Shown here piece by piece: positions 10,142-19,549 of a DNA stretch of 46,585 nucleotides. The stretch comes from an uncultured Victivallales bacterium. Lineage in GTDB: Bacteria; Verrucomicrobiota; Kiritimatiellia; UBA8416. The stretch's first letter is position 1, and every line of letters starts with the position of its first letter. The position numbers and the translations under genes were made by a program. The notes under the pieces were generated by a model. It ran no database searches. It had not been told where the DNA came from and saw only the letters and a program-made list of their open reading frames with translations. Where the stretch lies: positions 1-46,585 of the forward strand of contig CAZZBA010000003.1 in the NCBI GenBank assembly GCA_964652765.1. Reading direction: 5' to 3'.

Positions 10142-11854
10142 ATGCAAAAAGAGACATTGCTTGCCCGTGACTACAAAGGGAAATCGCGCTTCTCTATCTA
10201 CTTGAAATTCCACGAGGGCCAGTTCTTCCGGTTTGCGCTCGCCACCCTGCTACTGGTCATCAAGACCTCGCCCGTCTGGATCATGCCGGTCATCACGGCC
10301 GCGATCATCAATATGATCACGGCCGGGCCGGGAACCGATCCGGCGGCCATCATCCCCCTGGCGGTTGCCGGTTTCATCATCGTCACCCAGAACATCGTCA
10401 CGCATACACTCTATGTATACACCTCCAGCCTCTATCTGCGGGAAGTCGAACGTAAAATCCGCTCCGCACTCTGCGAACGTATCCAGCAGTTGACGCTCAG
10501 CTACCATCATTCGTCGAGTCTCGGGAAGCTCCAGACCAAGGTCCTGCGCGATGTGGAGTCCATCGAGCAGCTCAGCAGGCAGCTTTCCGAATCCGTGCCG
10601 AATATCATCATCACCTTGTTTGTCTCGATCGCCGTCACCGCCTGGCGCGCCCCGGCATTCCTGATCTTTTTCGTCTGCACCGTACCGATCGCCATCGTCA
10701 TCAATAAAGTGATGAGCCGGCGGATGACGGATGCGAATTACCATTACCGCAGCAGAGTGGAGGAGATGTCAACACGGGTGATCGAGATGCTGCGTATGAT
10801 TCCGATCACCCGGGCGCACAGCCTCGAAGAGGTGGCGATCGGGCGGGTGAATGAGAATTTCACCCTGCTGAAGTCATCCGGCATGAAGCTGGATGTAACC
10901 AATGCGTGCTTCGGATCGCTCACCTGGGTCATGTTCCGCCTTTTTGAATTCATCACGCTGCTCACGGCCGCCAGCCTGATGCTGAGCGGCCGGATTGAGA
11001 TGGGTGTCGGTGATGTCATCCTATTAACGGGTTATTTCAGTTCAATCACAGGGGCAGTCAGCGGGCTGCTCAACCTAATGCCGCTCATCAACCGTGGGCT
11101 TGAATCGGTCAGTTCCGTGGCCGAGGTACTGGAGTGTCCCGACATTGAAGCCAATGAGAACAAACCGAAATTCTCCAGGGTTGAAGGCGCGGTTTCATTC
11201 AAGAACGTCTGCTACCGGTATCCGCAGAGCAGAATCCATGCGCTTGATAATATCAGCTTTGATGCGAAGCCGGGCGAAACCATCGCCATTATCGGTCCGT
11301 CGGGATCGGGAAAATCGACGATCCTGCAGCTCCTGATCGGCTTTATACGCCCCCTCTCCGGTGGTATTTATATCGACGGATGCGATATGAATGCGTTCGA
11401 CCTGCGCTCCTACCGGAAATTCATATCGGTCGTGACGCAGGAGACAATCCTGTTTGACGGCACCATCCGTGACAATATCACCTATGGGAATGCCGGCATC
11501 GACCCCTTCAGGGTCGCCAAAGCCATCGACGACGCGCAACTCACCGGTTTTATCGAATCGCTGCCGGACGGGCTTTCCACACGGATTTTCGAAAACGGCT
11601 CGCGCCTGTCGGGGGGCCAGCGGCAGCGCATCGCGATCGCCCGGGCGCTGCTTAGGAACCCGGCGGTGCTGATCCTGGACGAGGCCACCTCGGCGCTGGA
11701 CACGGAGTCCGAAGCGCTGATCCAGAAAGCCCTTGATAACCTGAAGCGCGGGCGGACCACATTCGTGGTTGCCCATCGTCTCTCAACCATCGAGAGCGCC
11801 ACCAAGACGCTGGTGCTCAAGGATGGCGCAATTGTCGCGACCAAAGAACACTGA
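10142..11854 (+). CDS. ABC transporter, fused permease/ATP-binding protein (MsbA-like exporter)
   Basis: N-terminal six-helix-type hydrophobic domain. Walker A GPSGSGKST, ABC signature LSGGQRQRIAIARAL, Walker B VLILDEATSALD and H-loop VVAHRLST are all present. Confidence 0.9.
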   Translation: MQKETLLARDYKGKSRFSIYLKFHEGQFFRFALATLLLVIKTSPVWIMPVITAAIINMITAGPGTDPAAIIPLAVAGFIIVTQNIVTHTLYVYTSSLYLREVERKIRSALCERIQQLTLSYHHSSSLGKLQTKVLRDVESIEQLSRQLSESVPNIIITLFVSIAVTAWRAPAFLIFFVCTVPIAIVINKVMSRRMTDANYHYRSRVEEMSTRVIEMLRMIPITRAHSLEEVAIGRVNENFTLLKSSGMKLDVTNACFGSLTWVMFRLFEFITLLTAASLMLSGRIEMGVGDVILLTGYFSSITGAVSGLLNLMPLINRGLESVSSVAEVLECPDIEANENKPKFSRVEGAVSFKNVCYRYPQSRIHALDNISFDAKPGETIAIIGPSGSGKSTILQLLIGFIRPLSGGIYIDGCDMNAFDLRSYRKFISVVTQETILFDGTIRDNITYGNAGIDPFRVAKAIDDAQLTGFIESLPDGLSTRIFENGSRLSGGQRQRIAIARALLRNPAVLILDEATSALDTESEALIQKALDNLKRGRTTFVVAHRLSTIESATKTLVLKDGAIVATKEH

Positions 11855-12051
11855 CGACCTCCTGACCCCGAATGACAAACAGGGTCACAAAAATGAAGTA
11901 GGCATAATAAGTACTGTCAGCAAGTGAGGAGTAGCGTTCGGATGGGGAAAATATGGAAATGGTCAATATATCTTGGTATTGTCATGGCTGATCGCATGCC
12001 CCTGCTGCACGATCGCCTCTTGACATCCGTCTTCTGTTAAAGGAGAAAACA

Positions 12052-13776
12052 ATGAGCCTGGTACTAATTGTAATGGCTACCGCCGCTATCCTCGGGCTGG
12101 CCTACTGGTTGTACGGCGGATACCTTGCGCGCATTTTCAAACTCGACCCCGACGCCAAAGCACCGGCGGTAGAAATGCGTGATGATGTCGACTATGTCCC
12201 TATCAAGCCGGCATTCCTTCTCGGACAGCATTTCTCGGCGATCGCGGCCGCCGGTCCCATCGTGGGCCCCATCGTGGCGGGCATTGCATTCGGATGGCTG
12301 CCAGCCCTGCTATGGATCCTGATCGGATCCATCTTTATCGGCGGCGTCCACGACTTCACGTCTCTTGTTGCATCCATCCGCCACAAGGCCCGCTCGATCA
12401 CGGAGGTGGTCCGCGAGAACATGAGTCGTCGCGCCTATCTCATGTTCCTTGGCTTCATCTGGATAGCGCTGATCTATATCATAATAGCCTTCACCGACGT
12501 TACCGCCCAGTCATTCGTCGGCGACGTTGTACTGGAGAACGGCGACAAGGTGCTAGGGGGTGGCATTGCAACCTCCTCCATGCTTTACCTGGCCCTGCCG
12601 GTATTGATGGGTTTACTGCTCCGGTTCACGAGGATTACTGTCGGCTGGGCAACGCTGATCTTTCTCCCGCTCGTTGGCGTGGCGATCTGGGTTGGCCAGT
12701 TCATGCCGATCAGCCTGGATCAGTGGCTGGCTGCTCGCTTCAACATGGGCCCGAAACAGGCGGCCCATACGGCCTTGAAAATATGGGACGTCGGGCTGCT
12801 CTCCTACTGCTTTATCGCAGGTCTGCTGCCGATGTGGATGCTTCTCCAGCCGCGCGGTCATCTCGGCGGCTGTTTCCTGTATATCGTGATTATTGCCGGC
12901 GGAGCTGGCCTGGTTGTGGCAGGCAAGCCTGTTCAATATCCTGCATTCCAGCAGTGGACGTCCGCATCCGGCGACGACATCTTCCCGTTCCTCTTCATCA
13001 CAATCGCCTGCGGGGCATGCTCCGGATTCCACGCCATCGTATCCTCAGGCACCTCATCCAAACAGCTCAGCCGCGAACCGGACGCCAGGATCGTCGGCTA
13101 TGGCGCCATGTTGCTGGAGGCGCTGATCGCGGTTGTCGCACTGGGCTGCGTCATGATGCTTGCAATCGATGATCCGCTGACAAAGAGAGCACCGAACCTG
13201 ATCTATGCTTCAGGTATTGGCCAGTTCATGAAGGCGCTCGGCATTCCAGTCGCCTTCGGCATATCGTTCGGCCTCCTTGCGTTCGCCACGTTTGTGTATG
13301 ACACACTGGATATCTGCACCCGTCTCGGCCGCTATATAATCCAGGAACTTACCGGCTGGCACGGTCGCGCTGGCCGCTGGACCGCCACAGCCATCATGGC
13401 CGTGATCCCGCTCATCTTCGTCCTGCGCACGGCCACTGATGCGAAAGGCAATGCAATCCCGGTGTGGAAGGCGTTCTGGACACTCTTCGGTGCCAGCAAT
13501 CAGCTTCTGGCCGCGCTGACGCTGCTGGGAATAACGGTCTGGCTTGTACGTAAACACAAGGCGCGCTGGATCATCTGGGTAACCGGCATCCCCATGGTGT
13601 TCATGTACGTGATGAGCTTATGGGCGCTGGTAATCATCGTCCAGAGAAAGGTCGTGCAGGACAACTGGTGGCTTGACCCTGTGCCATGGGCATCAATAGT
13701 CCTGATCGGACTTGCGGTAATGATGCTTGTTGAGGCACTCGGGATGCTATTCAGAAAAGCTCCCGCAGCTGTGTAG
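12052..13776 (+). CDS. cstA: Carbon starvation protein A (peptide/pyruvate transporter family)
   Basis: The N-terminal region LGQHFSAIAAAGPIVGPIVAGIAFGWLPALLWILIGSIFIGGVHDF is the conserved CstA signature. The protein is polytopic and 574 aa. AAGGAG lies upstream of ATG 12052. Confidence 0.9.
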   Translation: MSLVLIVMATAAILGLAYWLYGGYLARIFKLDPDAKAPAVEMRDDVDYVPIKPAFLLGQHFSAIAAAGPIVGPIVAGIAFGWLPALLWILIGSIFIGGVHDFTSLVASIRHKARSITEVVRENMSRRAYLMFLGFIWIALIYIIIAFTDVTAQSFVGDVVLENGDKVLGGGIATSSMLYLALPVLMGLLLRFTRITVGWATLIFLPLVGVAIWVGQFMPISLDQWLAARFNMGPKQAAHTALKIWDVGLLSYCFIAGLLPMWMLLQPRGHLGGCFLYIVIIAGGAGLVVAGKPVQYPAFQQWTSASGDDIFPFLFITIACGACSGFHAIVSSGTSSKQLSREPDARIVGYGAMLLEALIAVVALGCVMMLAIDDPLTKRAPNLIYASGIGQFMKALGIPVAFGISFGLLAFATFVYDTLDICTRLGRYIIQELTGWHGRAGRWTATAIMAVIPLIFVLRTATDAKGNAIPVWKAFWTLFGASNQLLAALTLLGITVWLVRKHKARWIIWVTGIPMVFMYVMSLWALVIIVQRKVVQDNWWLDPVPWASIVLIGLAVMMLVEALGMLFRKAPAAV

Positions 13777-13793
13777 CGGGGAAACAGGGGGAA

Positions 13794-15455
13794 ATGAAAA
13801 ACGACACATACCTTGTGATCGGACACCGGAATCCTGATACGGACTCCGTATGTGCCGCCTATGCCTATGCGCAACTGAAGAATGAACTGGCCGGGAAAGA
13901 AGTCGCCATTGCATTGCGGTGCGGTCCGCTGACGCAACAGACCGAATACGTTTTCAAACGGGCCGGTGTCGAGCCGCCGGCATTCGTCAAAGACGTCTAT
14001 CCCCTGGTGTCCGATGTCATGACCGCCCATTGCGAGACGGCGTCTCCCGATTCGCCCCTGGCCGACGTCATTCACATCCTGGACGAGCGTCATGTACACA
14101 ATATGCCCGTCGTTTCGGAGGGCGGACGATATGAGGGCATCATCAGCGAGCACGAGCTCATGAAGCTGCTCGCGGGCTCCGGGCAGGGCCGTACACGGAT
14201 GTTCTTCCTGGCGGAGAACGTCGTGAGGGTAATGGGAGGCCGCCCGTTGCACCGGGGACAAAGGAATGGCCTGGAAGTCTCGGTGATGATAGGGGCGATG
14301 CCGCTGGAGGGGTTCACCCGGCGTGTGGGCGCGCTGGATCCCGCGTCCACTTTGCTGATCGTGGGGAATCGGCCCGATCTGATTGCGCATGCCATTGAAC
14401 GCAAGGTGGAAGTCCTGGTCATTACCGGCATGGGCGAGACCGAAAAACCCGTCCTGCCCGTGGGAGCGCATCCGGCATGGATCATTTGCTCACCGCACGA
14501 CACCTTGGAGTCCTATCGCCGGCTGATGCTCAGCACGCCGGTGCAGGAGGTGATGAGCTCACTGGCGCAAACCATTTCCCCGGAGGCGCATCTCGGCGAA
14601 GCCAAGGCGATTTTCCGCAAGTCAAGCCAGCGCGGAATTCCCGTGCTGGAGGGGGAGCGACTGATCGGCATTCTTACCCGGTCCGACCTCCTGAAGACAA
14701 TTCGGAAGCGGTTGATTCTCGTTGATCATAACGAACTGGATCAGGCAGTGGAGGGAGCCGAGGAGGCGGAATTGTGCGAGATCATCGACCATCACCGGTT
14801 CGGGGGGATCGCCACGACGCAACCTATTCACATCTATGCCCGGCCGGTGGGAAGTTCCTGCACGCTGATCCGGCAGTTATTCGAGCGCGCCGGGAAGACC
14901 CCTGCGCCGGAGACCGCTTTCCTGATGATGTGCTCGATTATCTGTGACACGGTGGCTCTCAAGTCCCCGACCGCCACGGCGGAGGATGAGGAGGCTCTGG
15001 TGGCATTGGCGCGGTTGGCGGGATTGGACTGGCGACTTGTCGCCCAGGATATATTCTCGAAAACCTGCGCGCTCAATTCGCGCCCGACGGCGGAACTGGT
15101 CTCCGGGGATCTCAAACTCTACAACGCTTTCGGGGTGAGCTTCGGGATTGGCCAGATCGAGACCACCGACTTGAGTGAAATCAACGAGATCCTTGCTCCC
15201 TTGCGCGAGGAACTGCAGCGCGTGCGTGTCGAGAAGGGGTTGATGTGGCTGATGTTAATGGTTTCGGATATTGTACATTCCGAGAGCGTGCTGGTATCAA
15301 GTGGCTTTGGACGTGCCGAAGAGGCCCTCATCTACCACAGGACCACCGAAGGCTTGCTCTGCCTGCCCGGCGTCTTGTCGCGCAAGAAGCAACTGCTGCC
15401 GGAAGTTCTTCGCGTTTTGAGTGAAACCGCCTCCTCCTCCCGGCGTCAGGCATGA
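13794..15455 (+). CDS. CBS-domain-containing DHH-family (family II) inorganic pyrophosphatase
   Basis: DHH motifs are present: YLVIGHRNPDTDSVCAAYAYA, then VDHNE and IIDHHR. An insert between them holds CBS-like segments (HNMPVVSEGGRYEGIISEHEL, GIPVLEGERLIGILTRSDL). The C-terminal DHHA2-like region has FGIGQIET. This architecture matches CBS-PPases. Confidence 0.8.
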   Translation: MKNDTYLVIGHRNPDTDSVCAAYAYAQLKNELAGKEVAIALRCGPLTQQTEYVFKRAGVEPPAFVKDVYPLVSDVMTAHCETASPDSPLADVIHILDERHVHNMPVVSEGGRYEGIISEHELMKLLAGSGQGRTRMFFLAENVVRVMGGRPLHRGQRNGLEVSVMIGAMPLEGFTRRVGALDPASTLLIVGNRPDLIAHAIERKVEVLVITGMGETEKPVLPVGAHPAWIICSPHDTLESYRRLMLSTPVQEVMSSLAQTISPEAHLGEAKAIFRKSSQRGIPVLEGERLIGILTRSDLLKTIRKRLILVDHNELDQAVEGAEEAELCEIIDHHRFGGIATTQPIHIYARPVGSSCTLIRQLFERAGKTPAPETAFLMMCSIICDTVALKSPTATAEDEEALVALARLAGLDWRLVAQDIFSKTCALNSRPTAELVSGDLKLYNAFGVSFGIGQIETTDLSEINEILAPLREELQRVRVEKGLMWLMLMVSDIVHSESVLVSSGFGRAEEALIYHRTTEGLLCLPGVLSRKKQLLPEVLRVLSETASSSRRQA

Positions 15456-15560
15456 GGCTGGCAGGCACGAATCTCCATTCTTCATTCGAGTTGCGCCGGG
15501 TGTGGGTTGTAGTTGTTTTGATCGTGGCCTGCACGACAGGTAGCAAACAGGAGTAGAGCT

Positions 15561-16715
15561 ATGACTCAAGGCCCAGTAAAAACCATCTTGCTGATGACGA
15601 TTCTCGTTCTCGCGGGAGGCATGGCATGGAGCCAAAGCGATGAAGAGCCTGTCGACATGAACAGGGCTCGGGAGCTCTTCAGGAAGCAGAAAGCCGACGG
15701 CCACCTCACGAAGGAAGAGCAGGTATACCTTGACCATGCCAAAGCCTTAAGGAACAAGCAACGATCTGCCCAAGGCGGAACAAAGCCGACAAGCGACACC
15801 AAACGGGGCAGTGCCACTGCCCCTGGCAGAACGTCGACAGGCATCAAGCCGCTATGCGATATGGCAGCAGCCGAGTCGTACAAGACGGAGGACGGCGGGC
15901 TCTACGGTAACGGCACGAACTCCCCGCCTGACATTCTCCAGCTTGCCGCTATTAGGCAACTGGCAAAGATCCGGCCACTAAACGGGCAGGGTATGCCTGA
16001 CGATGACGGTAAAATAGTCCTGCTCTCAATCGGTATGTCCAACACCACCCAGGAGTTCTCAGAGTTCAAACGCGCAATCGATAAGGATATCAGGAAATCG
16101 CGACACGTTGTTCTGGTTGATGGCGCACAAGGAGGACAGAGCGCATCAGAGTGGACTGTAAACCATGCCGAACAAACTTGGGCCCGACTTGACCAGCGGC
16201 TGTCCACGGCCGGAATCACACACAAACAGGTTCAGACCATCTGGCTCAAACAGGCCGAGCTGCGGCCTCGGCCTGACGCCATGGAGAACGCTCGCGTGCT
16301 TCAGGATCACCTCGTTCAAATTCTCAACAGGGCAAAAACACGTTTCCCTAACCTGCAGGTTGCTTACCTATCGAGCCGAACCTACGGTGGCTACTCGACA
16401 CGACATCCTGAACCCGAATCCTTCGCGACTGCGTTCGCCGTGCGCTGGGTAATCCAAGACCAGATGGCAGGAGAGCCTGAGCTCAATTGGAGCCCCGACG
16501 CTGGCGCTGTCAAAGCTCCGTTGGTCCTCTGGGGCCCCTATCTCTGGGCCGATGGCATCAACCCGCGCCAATCCGATGGCCTTGCCTGGGAGCGTAATGA
16601 CTTTGTCGATGATGGAACTCACCCCAGCGAACAAGGCAAAACAAAGGTAGTCAAAATGCTCACGGAATTTTTCACTACCAATCCGAACGCCAACGTGTGG
16701 TTCAGCAAGAAGTGA
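15561..16715 (+). CDS. Secreted SGNH/GDSL-like hydrolase family protein (tentative)
   Basis: Signal-peptide-like N-terminus MTQGPVKTILLMTILVLAGGMAWSQ. A block-I-like LLSIGMSNT and a block-V-like DDGTHPS (DxxH) are present. The product assignment is tentative. Confidence 0.55.
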   Translation: MTQGPVKTILLMTILVLAGGMAWSQSDEEPVDMNRARELFRKQKADGHLTKEEQVYLDHAKALRNKQRSAQGGTKPTSDTKRGSATAPGRTSTGIKPLCDMAAAESYKTEDGGLYGNGTNSPPDILQLAAIRQLAKIRPLNGQGMPDDDGKIVLLSIGMSNTTQEFSEFKRAIDKDIRKSRHVVLVDGAQGGQSASEWTVNHAEQTWARLDQRLSTAGITHKQVQTIWLKQAELRPRPDAMENARVLQDHLVQILNRAKTRFPNLQVAYLSSRTYGGYSTRHPEPESFATAFAVRWVIQDQMAGEPELNWSPDAGAVKAPLVLWGPYLWADGINPRQSDGLAWERNDFVDDGTHPSEQGKTKVVKMLTEFFTTNPNANVWFSKK

Positions 16716-16776
16716 CTCTCGCGGTCAATGAGCGGCAAGAACCCGCTTGTTGAGACACTGGGAAGGGAATGAGACG

Positions 16777-17913
16777 ATGAAGAGCGTATTTCCGATTGGA
16801 ACGACCATCTACAAGCCGGAGCAATGCGGCGGCGGCTACAACCTCATCTCGGGGACGGGCGTGGTCAAGCTCGTCAACATGAACGGCGAGATCGTGCATC
16901 GCTGGGATATTGACACGAACCGCTACAAGGGGTTCATCCACCGGGCGAGGATGCTGGAAAGCGGAAGGCTGATGCTGCTATTCGGCACGGCGGCCTATGA
17001 AAGCCGCGTGGTGGAGTTCGACTGGAGCGGGCTGGAGACCTGGTCATACACCCCGGAGCGCTTCGCCCATCACGACTTCTGGCCAATGGCCGATGGCTCC
17101 GTGTTCCTGATCTGCAACATCCTGCTGCCGGATGAATACCGCGAGCGGATTACCGATCCGGCGCGGCGGGCGGTCAAGGTTTTCGGCGACGAGCTGATCG
17201 AGGTGGATCGCGCGAAGAACGTGGTCTGGCGCTGGGTGCAGCACGAGCACATGGATGTCAACTGGTGCAACCCGATCCCGGCCAACCGGAACTGGGCGGG
17301 CGGGGCGGACAACAACACGATCAGCGACTGGACGCACACCAACACGATCCAGGCCCTGCCGGAGAACCGGTGGCACGACGCGGGGGACATGCGCTTCAAG
17401 CCCGGCAATATCCTGCAGAGCCTGCGGCAGCTCGACACCATCAGTATCATCGACAAGGACAGCGGCGAGGTCGTGTGGTCCTACACCGGCGACTACAACG
17501 GCGGGATGTCGGGGCAGCACGAGCCGCACATGATCGAGAAGGGACTGCCCGGGGACGGCAACATCCTCGTCTTCGACAACGGGGCCTCGCCCTACAAGGA
17601 TCTCGCGCACTGCGGCTGCTCGTATGTACTGGAGATCAACCCAAGCGACAACAGCCTGGCCTGGGTCTATGACGACAGCCATAAGCTGCACGCCCGTTTC
17701 ACGGCCAACTGCCAGCGGCTGCCGAACGGCAACACCCTGATTCTCGAATCCATGTGCAGGCGGCTCTTTGAAGTAACGCCGGCCAAGGAGATCGTCTGGG
17801 AGCATATCATGACCGATCCCGCGCAACGCGTGTACCGGTATCCCTACGATCACTGTGGACCGTTCAAGGCATTGGGACTGCCGCAGGAGGCTGCGCCAGC
17901 TAGAATGTCTTGA
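16777..17913 (+). CDS. Arylsulfotransferase (ASST)-like beta-propeller protein (tentative)
   Basis: Segments HHDFWPMADGSVFLI, DWTHTNTIQALPE and GQHEPHMIEKGLPGDGNILVFDNG resemble the aryl-sulfate sulfotransferase family. Start set at ATG 16777 after a GGGAAGGGAA purine tract. Confidence 0.55.
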   Translation: MKSVFPIGTTIYKPEQCGGGYNLISGTGVVKLVNMNGEIVHRWDIDTNRYKGFIHRARMLESGRLMLLFGTAAYESRVVEFDWSGLETWSYTPERFAHHDFWPMADGSVFLICNILLPDEYRERITDPARRAVKVFGDELIEVDRAKNVVWRWVQHEHMDVNWCNPIPANRNWAGGADNNTISDWTHTNTIQALPENRWHDAGDMRFKPGNILQSLRQLDTISIIDKDSGEVVWSYTGDYNGGMSGQHEPHMIEKGLPGDGNILVFDNGASPYKDLAHCGCSYVLEINPSDNSLAWVYDDSHKLHARFTANCQRLPNGNTLILESMCRRLFEVTPAKEIVWEHIMTDPAQRVYRYPYDHCGPFKALGLPQEAAPARMS

Positions 17914-19426
17914 CGATGGGGCGGTTGAGCATCTTCTCGTAGATCCCGAAGTATTGGCGGGCGGTTTCCTCGTGGTTGAAGCGTCCGATGCTCTCGCGCA
18001 TGATGCGCTCGATCTGCGGATGCCGGACGGCGTCGGGAAGGCGGTAGAAGCGCATGGCCTGCTCGACGGCCCAGAACAGGCCGTTGCTGTCGTAGGTCTC
18101 GAAGACGAATCCGTTGCCCTTGTTGCTGCCGATATCGAGATGCGTGACGGTGTCGTGCAGCCCGCCTGTGTCGCGGGCGATCGGCAGCGATCCGTAGATG
18201 CTGCTGATCATCTGCGGCAGGCCGCAGGGCTCGAACCGCGAGGGGATAAGCATGAAGTCGGATGCCGCGTAGCCAAGCCGTGACAGCGGTTCGGCGAAGT
18301 CGCAGACCGCCACCCGGTCGTAGAAGTCGTGGTGCTCGACGATATCGTGGAACACCTGCTGGTAGGCCCCGTTGGCGACGATGGCGATCTGCAGGTTGTC
18401 CTGCCAGTAGGTCGACACCATACGGTAGAGGATATCCGCGAAAAGCTGGCAGCCCTTCTGGACCGGATCCAGGCGCGAGGGCCAGAAGAAGATCGGCGCG
18501 TGCGTATCCGGCTTGAGCCCGACCCGTTCCTGGAACAGCGCCTTGTTGCGCAGCTTGCCCTCGACATGCGTCTCCGGCGTGTAGGTGACCTCCAGCATCG
18601 TGTCGCTGGCTGGGTTATTGGAGGGGTCCGGGGCATTCAGGATGCCGCTGGCGCAGTCGTTGCGCTGCTTCTGGAGCATCTCGTGGCGGATGTTGCCGGG
18701 AACGAAATCATGCTGGCCATCGCAGACCTCCTCGAGGAACGTCGGACTGACCGTGTTGATGTAGTGGGCGCCGAAAATACCGCTGGCCAGCAGATCCACG
18801 GGGTTGTTGTTGCGCGACTCCTCGTAGTTCCACGGCTGGCGGCTGAAGAAGAGATACTTCCAGAAGCCAGCGGCATCGATTCCCGCATCCTCGATCTGTT
18901 CCAGCGTCGACTTGTAGGTGTGGATGTTGTGCACAGTGAAGAGGCTGGGGATCCCGAGCCGGCGGGCGGCGGCGGGCACCAGGCCGGTCATCCAGTCGTT
19001 GCAGTGGATCAGGTCGGGATCCACGGACGGGATGATGTTGTTGATCACCTCGCGCTGGAAGGCCAGCGCCACCTTCTTGTTGCTTTGCTCGTCGTTGCCG
19101 TAGACGGCGCTGCGGTAGTAGAAGCAGCGGTCCTCGGCCCGGTGGATGCGCGCCTGGGGCAGCTTGTTCATGTAGACACGCAGTTCCTCGCTGATGAGTT
19201 TGCCGGCGTCGACATGGAACATGCGCCGGTAATGCGGCAGGGCGACATGCACATCCGCGCCGAGATCGAAGAGCGCGGCCACGAGCGAGGAAGACACATC
19301 CGCCAGGCCACCGGCCTTGGCGCTCATTTTGTTGGCCATGTTCCCCATGCCGGTAGGCAGGTAGGTGATTTCCGGTGTGACAATCAGGATGCGTGGATTT
19401 CGGCGTTGTCGGGTCCGTGGAGGCAT
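17900..19426 (-). CDS. glgA: Glycogen/starch synthase (GT5)
   Basis: The N-terminal ILIVTPEITYLPTGMGNMANKMSAKAGGLADVSSSLVAALFDLGADVHVALPHY contains the K-x-GGL motif. The C-terminal part has PSRFEPCGLPQM, typical of GlgA-type glycosyltransferases. The 3' end overlaps the convergent upstream gene by 14 nt. Confidence 0.85.
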   Translation of the reverse strand: MPPRTRQRRNPRILIVTPEITYLPTGMGNMANKMSAKAGGLADVSSSLVAALFDLGADVHVALPHYRRMFHVDAGKLISEELRVYMNKLPQARIHRAEDRCFYYRSAVYGNDEQSNKKVALAFQREVINNIIPSVDPDLIHCNDWMTGLVPAAARRLGIPSLFTVHNIHTYKSTLEQIEDAGIDAAGFWKYLFFSRQPWNYEESRNNNPVDLLASGIFGAHYINTVSPTFLEEVCDGQHDFVPGNIRHEMLQKQRNDCASGILNAPDPSNNPASDTMLEVTYTPETHVEGKLRNKALFQERVGLKPDTHAPIFFWPSRLDPVQKGCQLFADILYRMVSTYWQDNLQIAIVANGAYQQVFHDIVEHHDFYDRVAVCDFAEPLSRLGYAASDFMLIPSRFEPCGLPQMISSIYGSLPIARDTGGLHDTVTHLDIGSNKGNGFVFETYDSNGLFWAVEQAMRFYRLPDAVRHPQIERIMRESIGRFNHEETARQYFGIYEKMLNRPIVKTF

Positions 19427-19549
19427 GGTGTCTTGTTCCTTTCAATATCCGTAACGGTGGCTTATTAGCACAAAATGGGTGGCGGATGCAAAGAGAAAGG
19501 GATATTTCCTGTTTGACAGGTATTGCGCGGCGGGGCAGAGTACCCCGCC

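Noticed and set aside
12020-12025. TTGACA box upstream of cstA as a -35 element.
   Set aside because: A -10 at the canonical 17-bp spacing would fall on the cstA Shine-Dalgarno (12040-12048). That would leave no 5' UTR containing the RBS, so it is probably a chance match.
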